DNA of 64,000 nt from Phycisphaerae bacterium. GTDB taxonomy: Bacteria; Planctomycetota; Phycisphaerae; UBA1845. This document shows positions 26,994 through 35,673 of the stretch, in pieces. The DNA is taken from assembly GCA_022072505.1 (NCBI GenBank), contig JAJVHU010000022.1, forward strand, positions 87,603 to 151,602, in the 5' to 3' direction. The notes under the pieces were generated by a model, which was given only the letters and a program-made list of their open reading frames with translations, did no database searches and was not told where the DNA came from. The position numbers were made by a program, and so were the translations under genes. Every line of letters starts with the position of its first letter. Positions within the stretch are counted from its first letter, which is position 1.

Positions 26994-28265
26994 TTGTGCG
27001 GCGGCCGAAAGCTGCTCGGGCTGGCTGCGGTTTACGTCGTTTATTTTTTTCTTCTGGACGCTCCGCTTTGGCGCGGGCCGGGTCCGTACAACGATCACAC
27101 GTCCCCGCGTTACGGGCAGACATGCCCGGCGACCTTTTTCGGCAACCGGGTCATCGTCTACGAAGACAATCTGAACATCGGTGAGGCCGTCGGGTGGTGG
27201 CGGGGGACGTTCGAGTTGCCGTTCCGGCGGTTGGACACGGCGCTGTTCGAGGGGCGGATTCTCAACGCTTATCCGCCGATGATGACGCTGATCGCGGCGG
27301 CGGTGATCCCTTTCTGCGCGGAGGGCGTGCCGCAGGTGCTGCTGGCGGCGCTGCTGGGTCTGCCGCTGCCGGGGCTGGCGTACTGGCTGATGCTGAAGCG
27401 GACGCGGCGGGTGTGGATGGCCGTTGTACTGGCGATTGCGCTGGTGTGTGGGACGTCGGTGTTTCCGGTTCTGCGTTGGGCGTTGCGGTCGTCGCAGGTG
27501 TATCACGTGAATCATGTGTTGGCGGTCGCGGGACAGCTCGTGATGCTGGCGGAGTTTTTCGGGCGACGACGGGTGGGCGTGATGGGGCTGGGGTTGATGC
27601 TGGCGGCGTGGTCGCGTCAGTTGACGGCGTTCTACGCGATCCCGCTGATCTGGGCGGCGTGGCGCGGAAGCGAGGATTCGGTCGGGACGATGGCGCGCGG
27701 GTCGTCGCGGGGCGCGCGGATGGCGCAGGCGGCGGCGGTGTGCGCGGTGGTGGCGGGCGTGCCGGCGGTGCTGAATACGTTGAAATTTCACCGGCCTTGG
27801 GACTTCGGATATCGGCACCTCTACGAGGGGATCGAGTCGGAGCAGGCCCGGTGCGCGAAGATCGGGATCTTCTCGCCCGCGTTCATCGCGCGGAACGCGT
27901 ATGTGCTGAACCTCGGGCTTCCGAAGCTGAAGCGCGAGTACTACGGTTGGAGGCTGGTGACGAACTTTCAGGGCACGGGCATCTGGTGGACATCTCCGTT
28001 GCTGCTGTATCTGCTGCCGGCGTTCCGAAAGATCGTGATGGACGCGGCGTCGCGCGTCTGGCTTGCGGCCGCCGCGCTGGTCGTGCTCGGCATCCTCATG
28101 TATCATACGACGGGGAAGTTTCATCAGGGGCATCACCGGTTTTCGACGGATTTCATCCCGGTGTTGTTCGCGTTGCTGGCGCCGCGATGGAATGCGGCGA
28201 GGCGTCCGTGGCTGGTGTGCGTGTTCGCGCTTTGCGGGATCGGCTGGTTCGTGAGTCTCCCGTAA
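26994..28265 (+). CDS. Polytopic membrane protein, GT-C glycosyltransferase-like; true start uncertain
   Basis: About ten hydrophobic segments; SRQL, HRFSTDF motifs. Confidence 0.5.
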   Translation: MCGGRKLLGLAAVYVVYFFLLDAPLWRGPGPYNDHTSPRYGQTCPATFFGNRVIVYEDNLNIGEAVGWWRGTFELPFRRLDTALFEGRILNAYPPMMTLIAAAVIPFCAEGVPQVLLAALLGLPLPGLAYWLMLKRTRRVWMAVVLAIALVCGTSVFPVLRWALRSSQVYHVNHVLAVAGQLVMLAEFFGRRRVGVMGLGLMLAAWSRQLTAFYAIPLIWAAWRGSEDSVGTMARGSSRGARMAQAAAVCAVVAGVPAVLNTLKFHRPWDFGYRHLYEGIESEQARCAKIGIFSPAFIARNAYVLNLGLPKLKREYYGWRLVTNFQGTGIWWTSPLLLYLLPAFRKIVMDAASRVWLAAAALVVLGILMYHTTGKFHQGHHRFSTDFIPVLFALLAPRWNAARRPWLVCVFALCGIGWFVSLP

Positions 28266-28299
28266 GCGAAAAGGAAAGACGAGGATCCGGGGAGTCGGC

Positions 28300-29607
28300 A
28301 TGGCGAATTACGAACCCATCCTGCTGCGCAATCGCGGCGTCGAGGGCTCGCGCACGCTCGGCGTGTACGAGTTGCGCGGCGGGTATCAGGCGGTGCGCAA
28401 GGCGCTGAAGATGACGCCGGAGGAGGTCGTCGAGGAGGTCAAGAAGGCGAACCTTCGCGGGCGCGGCGGGGCGGGGTTCCCCGCGGGGATGAAGTGGAGC
28501 TTTCTGCCCAAGGACCGCAAGACGACGTACCTGTGCGTGAACGGCGACGAGAGCGAACCGCCGACGTTTTCCAACCGCGTGCTGATGGAGCACGATCCGC
28601 ACCAACTCATCGAGGGCGTCATCATTGCCGCCTACGCCGTGCAGGCGCAGGTGGCGTACATCTACCTCCGCGTCGAGTTTCACGAGCCGTTTCACGTTCT
28701 CCAGCGCGCCGTGGATGAGGCGTATGCGAAAGGCTATCTCGGCAGGAAAGTTTTCGGCAGCGATTTCAACGTCGAGGTGTATCTGCACCGCGGGGCGGGC
28801 GCCTACGTGTGCGGCGAGGAGACCGGGCTGATCGAGTCGCTCGAGGGCAAGCGCGGCTGGCCTCGCATCAAGCCGCCGTTTCCCGCGATCGAGGGCCTGT
28901 TCCGCAAGCCGACCATCGTCAACAACGTCGAGACGCTGTGCAACGTTCCGCACATCATCGAGCGCGGGGCGGCGTGGTTCACGTCCGTCGGTCCGTCGCA
29001 CAGCACGGGTCCGAAGCTCTTCTGCATCAGCGGACCGGTGAACAAACCCGGCTGCTACGAGTGGTCGATGGACCTTTCGGTGCAGGAGTTGATCGAGGAT
29101 CCGCGCTTTGGCGGCGGGATGCGCGACGGAAAGAAGGTCAAGTGCGTGCTGCCCGGCGGGATCTCGATGGGGGCGCTCTGTGCGTCCGAACTGCACATGA
29201 AGATGGACTTCGAGGATCCGCGGAAGTTCGGGCTGCTCGGTCTGGGCACAGCCGCGGCGGTCGTGCTGGACGAGAGCATCGACATCCGCATCGTTCTGCG
29301 GAACCTCGCGCGGTTCTACGCGATGGAGTCGTGCGGGCAGTGTACGCAGTGCCGCGAGGGGACAAGCTGGATGCACAAGATCGCCGACCGCATCGCCCGT
29401 GGCGCGGGACGGTTGGAGGATCTGGATCTGATCCTTCAGACCGCGCGCAACATGGGCATGATGCCGGGGTTGTCGATCTGCGGATTGCCCGATGGGGCGA
29501 CGTATCCGATCGAGACGGTGGTGAAGAAGTTCAGGGGGGAGTTGGAGGAGCGGATCAGGGCGCAGCCCCGCGAGGAAGTCGGGCAGACGCTCGCGGTGGT
29601 GAACTGA
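28300..29607 (+). CDS. nuoF: NADH-quinone oxidoreductase subunit F
   Basis: LRGRGGAGFP, GDESEP, GAGAYVCGEET, ESCGQCTQCREG. Confidence 0.97.
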   Translation: MANYEPILLRNRGVEGSRTLGVYELRGGYQAVRKALKMTPEEVVEEVKKANLRGRGGAGFPAGMKWSFLPKDRKTTYLCVNGDESEPPTFSNRVLMEHDPHQLIEGVIIAAYAVQAQVAYIYLRVEFHEPFHVLQRAVDEAYAKGYLGRKVFGSDFNVEVYLHRGAGAYVCGEETGLIESLEGKRGWPRIKPPFPAIEGLFRKPTIVNNVETLCNVPHIIERGAAWFTSVGPSHSTGPKLFCISGPVNKPGCYEWSMDLSVQELIEDPRFGGGMRDGKKVKCVLPGGISMGALCASELHMKMDFEDPRKFGLLGLGTAAAVVLDESIDIRIVLRNLARFYAMESCGQCTQCREGTSWMHKIADRIARGAGRLEDLDLILQTARNMGMMPGLSICGLPDGATYPIETVVKKFRGELEERIRAQPREEVGQTLAVVN

Positions 29608-29618
29608 GGACAAACTCG

Positions 29619-29843
29619 ATGACGGTGATCAACGGACATTTTGACGGAAGGAATGTCGTTTTGGATGAACCCGTGCCGCCCGGGATTCCGCCGCTGACGC
29701 CTGTAAAGGTCATGTTCGAGCCGGTTGGCGGCGCGCAGAACATCGTTGCGGAACTTGCGGAACTGGCTGTTTCCACTGATGAACTGCCCGAGGACTACTC
29801 CGAGCAACATGAACATTATGTGAAAGGGACTCCCCGTCGATGA
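29619..29843 (+). CDS. Antitoxin (paralogue of 31339)
   Basis: INGHFDG..VVLDEP ... LPEDYSEQHEHY; ATGA overlap with VapC. Confidence 0.75.
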   Translation: MTVINGHFDGRNVVLDEPVPPGIPPLTPVKVMFEPVGGAQNIVAELAELAVSTDELPEDYSEQHEHYVKGTPRR

Positions 29844-30256
29844 GGACGGCTTTTGTCGACACCTCGTTTCTTATTGCCTGTGTGCTGGTGAAGGATGTCT
29901 GGCACGCCCGCGCCATCGCCTGGCAACGGCGGACGGTGGGGCGGCTGGTGACGACAGAGTACGTATTGATGGAATTTGTGGACGCGCTATCGCAGCCGCC
30001 TGTTCGTCGCTCCGCTCTCGCTGCCGTCGGGCTTCTTCGACGCCAGCCGGCTGTGGGGGTTCTTACGGCCTCGACCGCGCTGATGGACGAAGGACTTGCT
30101 CTCTATGCGCAATCCGCGGACAAGGCGTGGAGTCTGACGGATTGCATTTCGTTTTCCGTGATGCGTCGAGAGGGTCTAAGCGACGCGCTGACGAGCGACC
30201 GGCATTTTGAGCAAGCCGGGTTTCGAGCCTTGCTGCGTATTGACGCGCCGGCATGA
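29840..30256 (+). CDS. vapC: VapC/PIN toxin
   Basis: FVDTS, E, SLTDCISF, ALTSDRHFEQAGF. Confidence 0.9.
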   Translation: MRTAFVDTSFLIACVLVKDVWHARAIAWQRRTVGRLVTTEYVLMEFVDALSQPPVRRSALAAVGLLRRQPAVGVLTASTALMDEGLALYAQSADKAWSLTDCISFSVMRREGLSDALTSDRHFEQAGFRALLRIDAPA

Positions 30257-30440
30257 TCCGGCGATTCGCACGCGCGGCAGAGGCTGGCTGGAGGATCTGG
30301 CGCTGAATCTTCAGACCGCGCGCAACATGGGCATGATGCCGGGGTTGTCGATCTGCGGGCTGCCCGATGGAGCGACGTATCCGATCGAGACGGTGGTGAA
30401 GAAGTTCAGGGGGGAGTTGGAGGAGCGGATTCGGGCGCAG
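30257..30440 (+). repeat. nuoF 3'-end copy A
   Basis: 30309-30440 aligns gap-free to 29434-29565 (44 codons). Confidence 0.97.
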
Positions 30441-30486
30441 GCGCCGGAGGGGGCAGGGATGGCGCTGGCGGGGGGGGGCTTAATGC

Positions 30487-30945
30487 ATGCACTGCTTTGA
30501 GCATTCAGGCGAGTCCGCGATCGGTGTATGCATGGTGTGCGGTCGCGGATTATGTCGGAAGTGCGCGGTTGAGACGGGCAGTCTGTTGGCGTGTCGGCAA
30601 AAATGCGAGATCATCGCCACGAGAATCAGCGACCTGCGGGAGTTCCAGAGCAACCAGCCGCTGCTCCAGGAGCGCTTGATCTCGCATGCGCGCAGGACGC
30701 GGATGGCGTCCGGCGTGTTCATGACGGCCGTCGGCGTCCTGCTCGTGATTCTGGGATTGAAGTTCGGGCAATGGGCCTTTGCGGGTCCGGGGGCCGGAAT
30801 CATGCTGGTCTACGGTGCTGTGACGTTGATCATGGAGTATCGAAGAAACAGCAAGACCTCCAACTTCCGCCTGTGCCGGCGCTGCGGTTACAACCTCACG
30901 GGGACTTCGAGCGATCGGTGTCCAGAGTGCGGAGCGAAGACGTAG
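30487..30945 (+). CDS. Two-TM membrane protein with N-terminal B-box-like and C-terminal zinc-ribbon motifs
   Basis: CFEH...CMVCGRGLCRKC; CRRCGYNL...CPECG. Confidence 0.65.
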   Translation: MHCFEHSGESAIGVCMVCGRGLCRKCAVETGSLLACRQKCEIIATRISDLREFQSNQPLLQERLISHARRTRMASGVFMTAVGVLLVILGLKFGQWAFAGPGAGIMLVYGAVTLIMEYRRNSKTSNFRLCRRCGYNLTGTSSDRCPECGAKT

Positions 30946-30980
30946 CATGATGGGGGCCATCGAGGTGTCCGTGAATGGAT

Positions 30981-31052
30981 GCGCCGACCGCGGATCGCCG
31001 TTTCGAGCAGGCATGCTTGCGAGCCTTGCTGCGTATTGACGTGCCGGCATGA
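30981..31052 (+). pseudogene. 3' remnant of a third VapC
   Basis: APTADRRFEQACLRALLRIDVPA*; last part near-identical to 30224-30256. Confidence 0.75.
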
Positions 31053-31278
31053 TCCGGCGATTCGCACGCGCGGCAGAGGCTGGCTGGAGGATCTGGCGCT
31101 GAATCTTCAGACCGCGCGGAACATGGGCATGATGCCGAGGTTGTCGATCTGCGGACTGCCCGATGGGGCGACGTATCCGATCGAGACGGTGGTGAAGAAG
31201 TTTCGCGGCGAGTTGGAGGAGCGGATCAGGGCGCAGCCCCGCGAGGAAGTCGGGCAGACGCTCGCGGTGGTGAACTGA
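31053..31278 (+). repeat. nuoF 3'-end copy B including stop codon
   Basis: 31105-31278 aligns gap-free to 29434-29607 (58 codons). Confidence 0.97.
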
Positions 31279-31338
31279 GCAGGAAATGCGGGAGAGCGGA
31301 TGGCGAAGGTCGTGTCTGAGGTCAGCCAGGAGGGCAAA

Positions 31339-31560
31339 ATGGAAGTCTTGAACGGTCATTATGACGGCAAACAAGTAGTGATTGATGAGCCGGTTCCGGG
31401 GGATATCCTGCCGGACACACCTGTCAAAATCGTTTTCGAACGTCGTACGAACGAGACCGCATTGGACCGGCTCGCACGCCTTGCAGGACCAGGCCACGGA
31501 TTGCCTCGCGACTACGCCGAGCAACATGAGCATTACATCAAAGGAACGCCGCGAAAGTGA
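31339..31560 (+). CDS. Antitoxin (paralogue of 29619)
   Basis: LNGHYDG..VVIDEP ... LPRDYAEQHEHY. Confidence 0.75.
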   Translation: MEVLNGHYDGKQVVIDEPVPGDILPDTPVKIVFERRTNETALDRLARLAGPGHGLPRDYAEQHEHYIKGTPRK

Positions 31561-31979
31561 ACGCGACCTTCCTCGACACCTCTTACCTGCTCGCGATCGT
31601 CAACCAGGAGGATGAGTTGCATGCGCGCGCGCTTGCCTGGAAGAACCGCATTCGGGGCCGATTGTTGACGACGGACTTCGTTCTCCTGGAGTTCGTGGAC
31701 GCGCTCTGTAGACCGGCGCTTCGTCATCGCGCGATGGATGTGGTCGTGGTGCTGAGGGCGGACGCTGACATCACGATTCTCCCCTTGTCGACGACTTTGA
31801 TGGACGAAGGCCTGTCCCTCTTTGGCGCCCATCACGACAAGCATTGGAGCTTAACGGATTGCATTTCATTCCACGTGATGAAGCGCGAGCAGATCACGGA
31901 GGCGCTGACCGCGGATCGTCATTTCGAGCAGGCCGGCTTTCGGGCCCTGCTCCGCAGCGATCCGCCGTCCGGTTCTTAG
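31557..31979 (+). CDS. vapC: VapC/PIN toxin
   Basis: FLDTS, SLTDCISF, ALTADRHFEQAGF. Confidence 0.9.
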   Translation: MNATFLDTSYLLAIVNQEDELHARALAWKNRIRGRLLTTDFVLLEFVDALCRPALRHRAMDVVVVLRADADITILPLSTTLMDEGLSLFGAHHDKHWSLTDCISFHVMKREQITEALTADRHFEQAGFRALLRSDPPSGS

Positions 31980-31989
31980 TTCTATTCAA

Positions 31990-32967
31990 ATGGAACAACG
32001 CCATGTCGCCGCTACCGCCGCGCTGTACACGCAACTGCCCTATCCCGGCGACGGGGTGGTGCGGACGACGTCGGCGCGGATTCTGCTGAAGGGGTTGCGT
32101 CAACATGCGCCCGCGCTCTTGGAGCGGCGACCTTTGTGGATCGCGGATGTCGGGTGCGGGACGGGCGAAGCCACCGCGGGCATTGCAAAGATGCTGCCGG
32201 GCGCGCGGGTCGTGGGCATCGACGTGAACCGCGCGAGTCTGGATCTGGCGCGGGCGCTCGCCGCTCGATCGAGGCTCAACCTCACTTATGTCGAGGCCAA
32301 CGCGGCGTCGCCGTTGCGCGAGGCGCTCCAACGATCCGGAGCTTGGCCGCCGGAGGGAAAGTTTGACCTCGTGACGTCGATGGGCGTTCTGCATCACCTG
32401 AGCGACCCCGCGACAGGGTTCGCCCATGTGCGGGATATCCTCCGCGAGGACGGCCTGTTTCAGGTCTACGTGTACTCGAAGCTCGGGCGACGCGAGGTGC
32501 TCGCGGTGCGGGATCTGCTGGATCATGCCGATCCCGGGGCGACGTTTGCGGAACGCGCGCGGATGGTCAGCGCGCTGCGCCTCTCGTCGAAGCACACGCT
32601 GCTCGATGGGCTGCGGACGTTGCGGAAGCGGCTTCGGTTCGGTCCGCCGCTGCGGATCGGGGAGATCGTGAAGGTCGCGCTGCGGCGCAACCGGGTGACC
32701 CACGCTTCGGACACGTTCTCCAACCCGTGTGAACATTCCTTCCTGTTCGAGGAATTGTTCACGATTTTCGCGCGGACCGGTTGGGCGTTCGCGGGTCTGG
32801 CGAAGAGGGGCGGGCTGCCCACCTCACCGGAGGAGCACACGCGCGATCCGCGGGCGCTGGAGATGCTGAAGGCCATGCCGCAAGCCGCGCTCTTCGATCT
32901 ACTCGCCTTCGCGCATCGCGTCGCCGGGTGGACGTTTTTCCTTCGCCCGACAAAGATCGTCGCGTAA
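31990..32967 (+). CDS. Class I SAM-dependent methyltransferase
   Basis: IADVGCGTGE, FDLVTSMGVLHH. Confidence 0.8.
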   Translation: MEQRHVAATAALYTQLPYPGDGVVRTTSARILLKGLRQHAPALLERRPLWIADVGCGTGEATAGIAKMLPGARVVGIDVNRASLDLARALAARSRLNLTYVEANAASPLREALQRSGAWPPEGKFDLVTSMGVLHHLSDPATGFAHVRDILREDGLFQVYVYSKLGRREVLAVRDLLDHADPGATFAERARMVSALRLSSKHTLLDGLRTLRKRLRFGPPLRIGEIVKVALRRNRVTHASDTFSNPCEHSFLFEELFTIFARTGWAFAGLAKRGGLPTSPEEHTRDPRALEMLKAMPQAALFDLLAFAHRVAGWTFFLRPTKIVA

Positions 32968-32971
32968 CGCC

Positions 32972-34714
32972 ATGAACGACGGAAAGGTCATCCTGGGCAT
33001 TCACGACGGGCACAACGCCTCCGTCTGCGTGCTTGTCGGCGGGAAGGTCGCGTACCTCGTGCAGGAGGAGCGCGTCCGCTACGAGAAGAATTACTGGGGA
33101 TTCCCCACCGAGGCCGTCAAACACGCGCTGGCGACGGTCGGGCTTTCCGCGAAGGACATCGACCGCGTCGCGTTCTCGACGATCTCCGGCGTCCCGCGTC
33201 GGCGCGACCTCAAGGCGACGCTGTACGCCTTCGAGCGACTGCTGAAGCCTTCCGGGTTGGCGCGGATGGCGCTGATCCGCCTCATCGGCAAGCTGCCCTA
33301 TGCGCGGCTGAAGAACAACATGCGGATGCGTCGCGCGCTGCTCGCGGAGTGCGGAATCTCCGGCGGCGACGTGAAAGCCTACGGGCACCACGCCTGCCAC
33401 GCCGCCGCGGCGTATTATGCGATGCGCACGGATGCGGAGAGCGATCACCTCGTGCTGACGCTCGACGGCGCGGGGGAGCGTCATTGTGCGACGGTCAGCG
33501 TGGCGTCGAAGGGTTCGCTCAATCGCATCGCGGCGACGACGATCCCGCACAGCCTCGGTACGATCTACGCGTTCGTCACCTTCCTGATGGGCTTCATCCC
33601 TTACGACCACGAATACAAGCTGATGGGGATGGCGCCGTATTACGACGCCCGTCGCGCGGAGGAAGCCGCCCGGATTTTCCATCGCTACGTGGGCTTGCGC
33701 CCCGACGGGCTGGGGTTCGCGAAAAAGACTTTGCTTCCGATGCACATGCAGGGGCCGAGCCTGATGCGGGCGATGCGGCTTGAGCGGTTCGACGCGATCT
33801 GCGCCGGGCTTCAGAAGTTCACCGAAGACCTGATGGCGCAGTGGACGCAGAACTGCGCCCGGCACGCGCGGCTGGGGAAGGTCGTCTGCGGCGGCGGCGT
33901 GTTCATGAACGTGAAGGCCAACAAGCGGCTGATGGAGCTGCCGGAAGTTTCGCATCTCGGGGTGCTTCCTTCGTGCGGGGATGAATCGCTCTCCTACGGC
34001 GCAGCCGCCCTGGCGCACGCGGAAATGGCGGACGCGGATGAGATCGAACCGTGGGGAGCGATCTATTTCGGGCCGGAGGTCGATGACGCCGCGGCGCGGA
34101 AATTGCTGGAGGAGAAGGGTTGCGCGTTCAGCCGTCCCGAGGACATCGAGTTGGAGATCGCCCGGCTGGTTCATGCGGGTCATCCCGTGGCGAGGTGCCG
34201 GGGGCGGATGGAGTTCGGGGCGCGGGCGCTGGGGAACCGGTCGATCCTGGCCGACCCGAGCAAGCTGGACAGCGTTCGCGTCATCAACCAGATGGTGAAG
34301 AAGCGCGACTTCTGGATGCCGTTTGCGCCGATCATGCTGCGTGAGCGGTCGGAGGAGTACATCCGGAATCCGAAGGCGCTGCCCAGCCCGCACATGATGC
34401 TGACGTTCGACAGCCGGGAGACGTTCCCGGAGTTCCTGGCGGCGGTGCATAACGCGGACCTGACGGCGCGGGCCCAGCTTCTGGAGGAACGACACAACCC
34501 GGACCTGCACCGCTGTCTGAAGCACTTCGAGCGGCTCAGCGGGCGGGGGGTGATGCTGAACACGTCGTTCAACCTGCACGGATATCCGATTTGCCTGGGT
34601 CCGAACGAGGCGCTGCACGTTTTCGAGAACTCGGGGCTGGAGCATCTGGCGCTGGGGCCGTTCATGGTGAGGAAGGTGAGCTCGAATGCGCACGAACGAC
34701 GGCTTGGCCTGTGA
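32972..34714 (+). CDS. Carbamoyltransferase, NodU/CmcH family
   Basis: ILGIHDGHNAS, HHACHA, MEFGARALGNRSIL, LNTSFNLHG.PI. Confidence 0.9.
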   Translation: MNDGKVILGIHDGHNASVCVLVGGKVAYLVQEERVRYEKNYWGFPTEAVKHALATVGLSAKDIDRVAFSTISGVPRRRDLKATLYAFERLLKPSGLARMALIRLIGKLPYARLKNNMRMRRALLAECGISGGDVKAYGHHACHAAAAYYAMRTDAESDHLVLTLDGAGERHCATVSVASKGSLNRIAATTIPHSLGTIYAFVTFLMGFIPYDHEYKLMGMAPYYDARRAEEAARIFHRYVGLRPDGLGFAKKTLLPMHMQGPSLMRAMRLERFDAICAGLQKFTEDLMAQWTQNCARHARLGKVVCGGGVFMNVKANKRLMELPEVSHLGVLPSCGDESLSYGAAALAHAEMADADEIEPWGAIYFGPEVDDAAARKLLEEKGCAFSRPEDIELEIARLVHAGHPVARCRGRMEFGARALGNRSILADPSKLDSVRVINQMVKKRDFWMPFAPIMLRERSEEYIRNPKALPSPHMMLTFDSRETFPEFLAAVHNADLTARAQLLEERHNPDLHRCLKHFERLSGRGVMLNTSFNLHGYPICLGPNEALHVFENSGLEHLALGPFMVRKVSSNAHERRLGL

Positions 34715-34959
34715 ATCAGAGCGATCCCCATCGGGGTCCATGGCCCGCCCTGAACCTGGCCAAGACAGGGGCGCAGGGGCACGCGCTCGAGACGAGGGGG
34801 GTTCCCGGACCCCGCTTTATCGACTAGGATGCAGGGCGAGTAAGGAGGTTGCGTGGGGCCCGAGGTGGCGTGCGATTGGAGGCTGCGATGAGGTAGGTTC
34901 TGAGTCGAGGAACGAGCACACGACCAGGGAATCGACATGTTCTACGCAGGAATCTTGTT

Positions 34960-35379
34960 ATGGGGCTTACTCGACTCAAACTGAAGATCAAGAAGGACGC
35001 GCAAGCGCGGGCAGAGAGGGAATTGCAGTTCCTGATTGACTCCGGCGCGATCCACACCGTTGTTCCTCGTGATGTTCTTCGTTCTCTCGGGATCAAGCCC
35101 TTTAAGAAAGCGTCCTTCACGCTGGCGAACGGCGGTGAAATCGAGCGCGAGATAGGGACGGCGCATTTCATCTACCAGGATCATGAAGGCGGCGCACCTG
35201 TGGTTTTTGGTGAGAAATCGGATACAGCGTTGTTAGGAGCGACGACCCTCGAAGCGATGGGCTTAGCCCTTAATCCCTTGAAGCGAGAGTTGTACCCGCT
35301 TCAGATGACTTTGATGGCTGACGCGTCGCTGTGGCTTCCCGGTCCGGCGGGGTCGCCGACGATCCGTCGGCGGCATTGA
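34960..35379 (+). CDS. Clan AA (retropepsin-like) aspartyl protease
   Basis: FLIDSGA and LLGATTLE motifs. Confidence 0.8.
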   Translation: MGLTRLKLKIKKDAQARAERELQFLIDSGAIHTVVPRDVLRSLGIKPFKKASFTLANGGEIEREIGTAHFIYQDHEGGAPVVFGEKSDTALLGATTLEAMGLALNPLKRELYPLQMTLMADASLWLPGPAGSPTIRRRH

Positions 35380-35431
35380 TCGCTGAGATTCGGCGGGTCC
35401 AGCACGGTCGGGGAGCTTGGGAGTGCGGCTC

Positions 35432-35668
35432 ATGCAGGCGATTCTGTCTGTTTCGGAATCGGATGTCATTGTGTATTGCCGGGGGTGTGGCGCGCTTGCC
35501 GGGAAACCCAGCCAGTGCCCCGTGTACAGCAGATACGAGTATTCATTTGTCGGATCGAGGGTGCCGGTGGTGTGCAGGGGCTGCGGCGCCGTGCCGGGCG
35601 TTCCCAGCCAATGTCCGGTCTACAGCAAATACCAACATTCGTTTTCTCCAGTTCCCGTAACAGATTGA
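35432..35668 (+). CDS. Small Cys-rich protein with an internal tandem duplication
   Basis: Two copies of CRGCGA..G.PSQCPVYS.Y..SF; start uncertain (35417 or 35432). Confidence 0.5.
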   Translation: MQAILSVSESDVIVYCRGCGALAGKPSQCPVYSRYEYSFVGSRVPVVCRGCGAVPGVPSQCPVYSKYQHSFSPVPVTD

Positions 35669-35673
35669 TCGAC

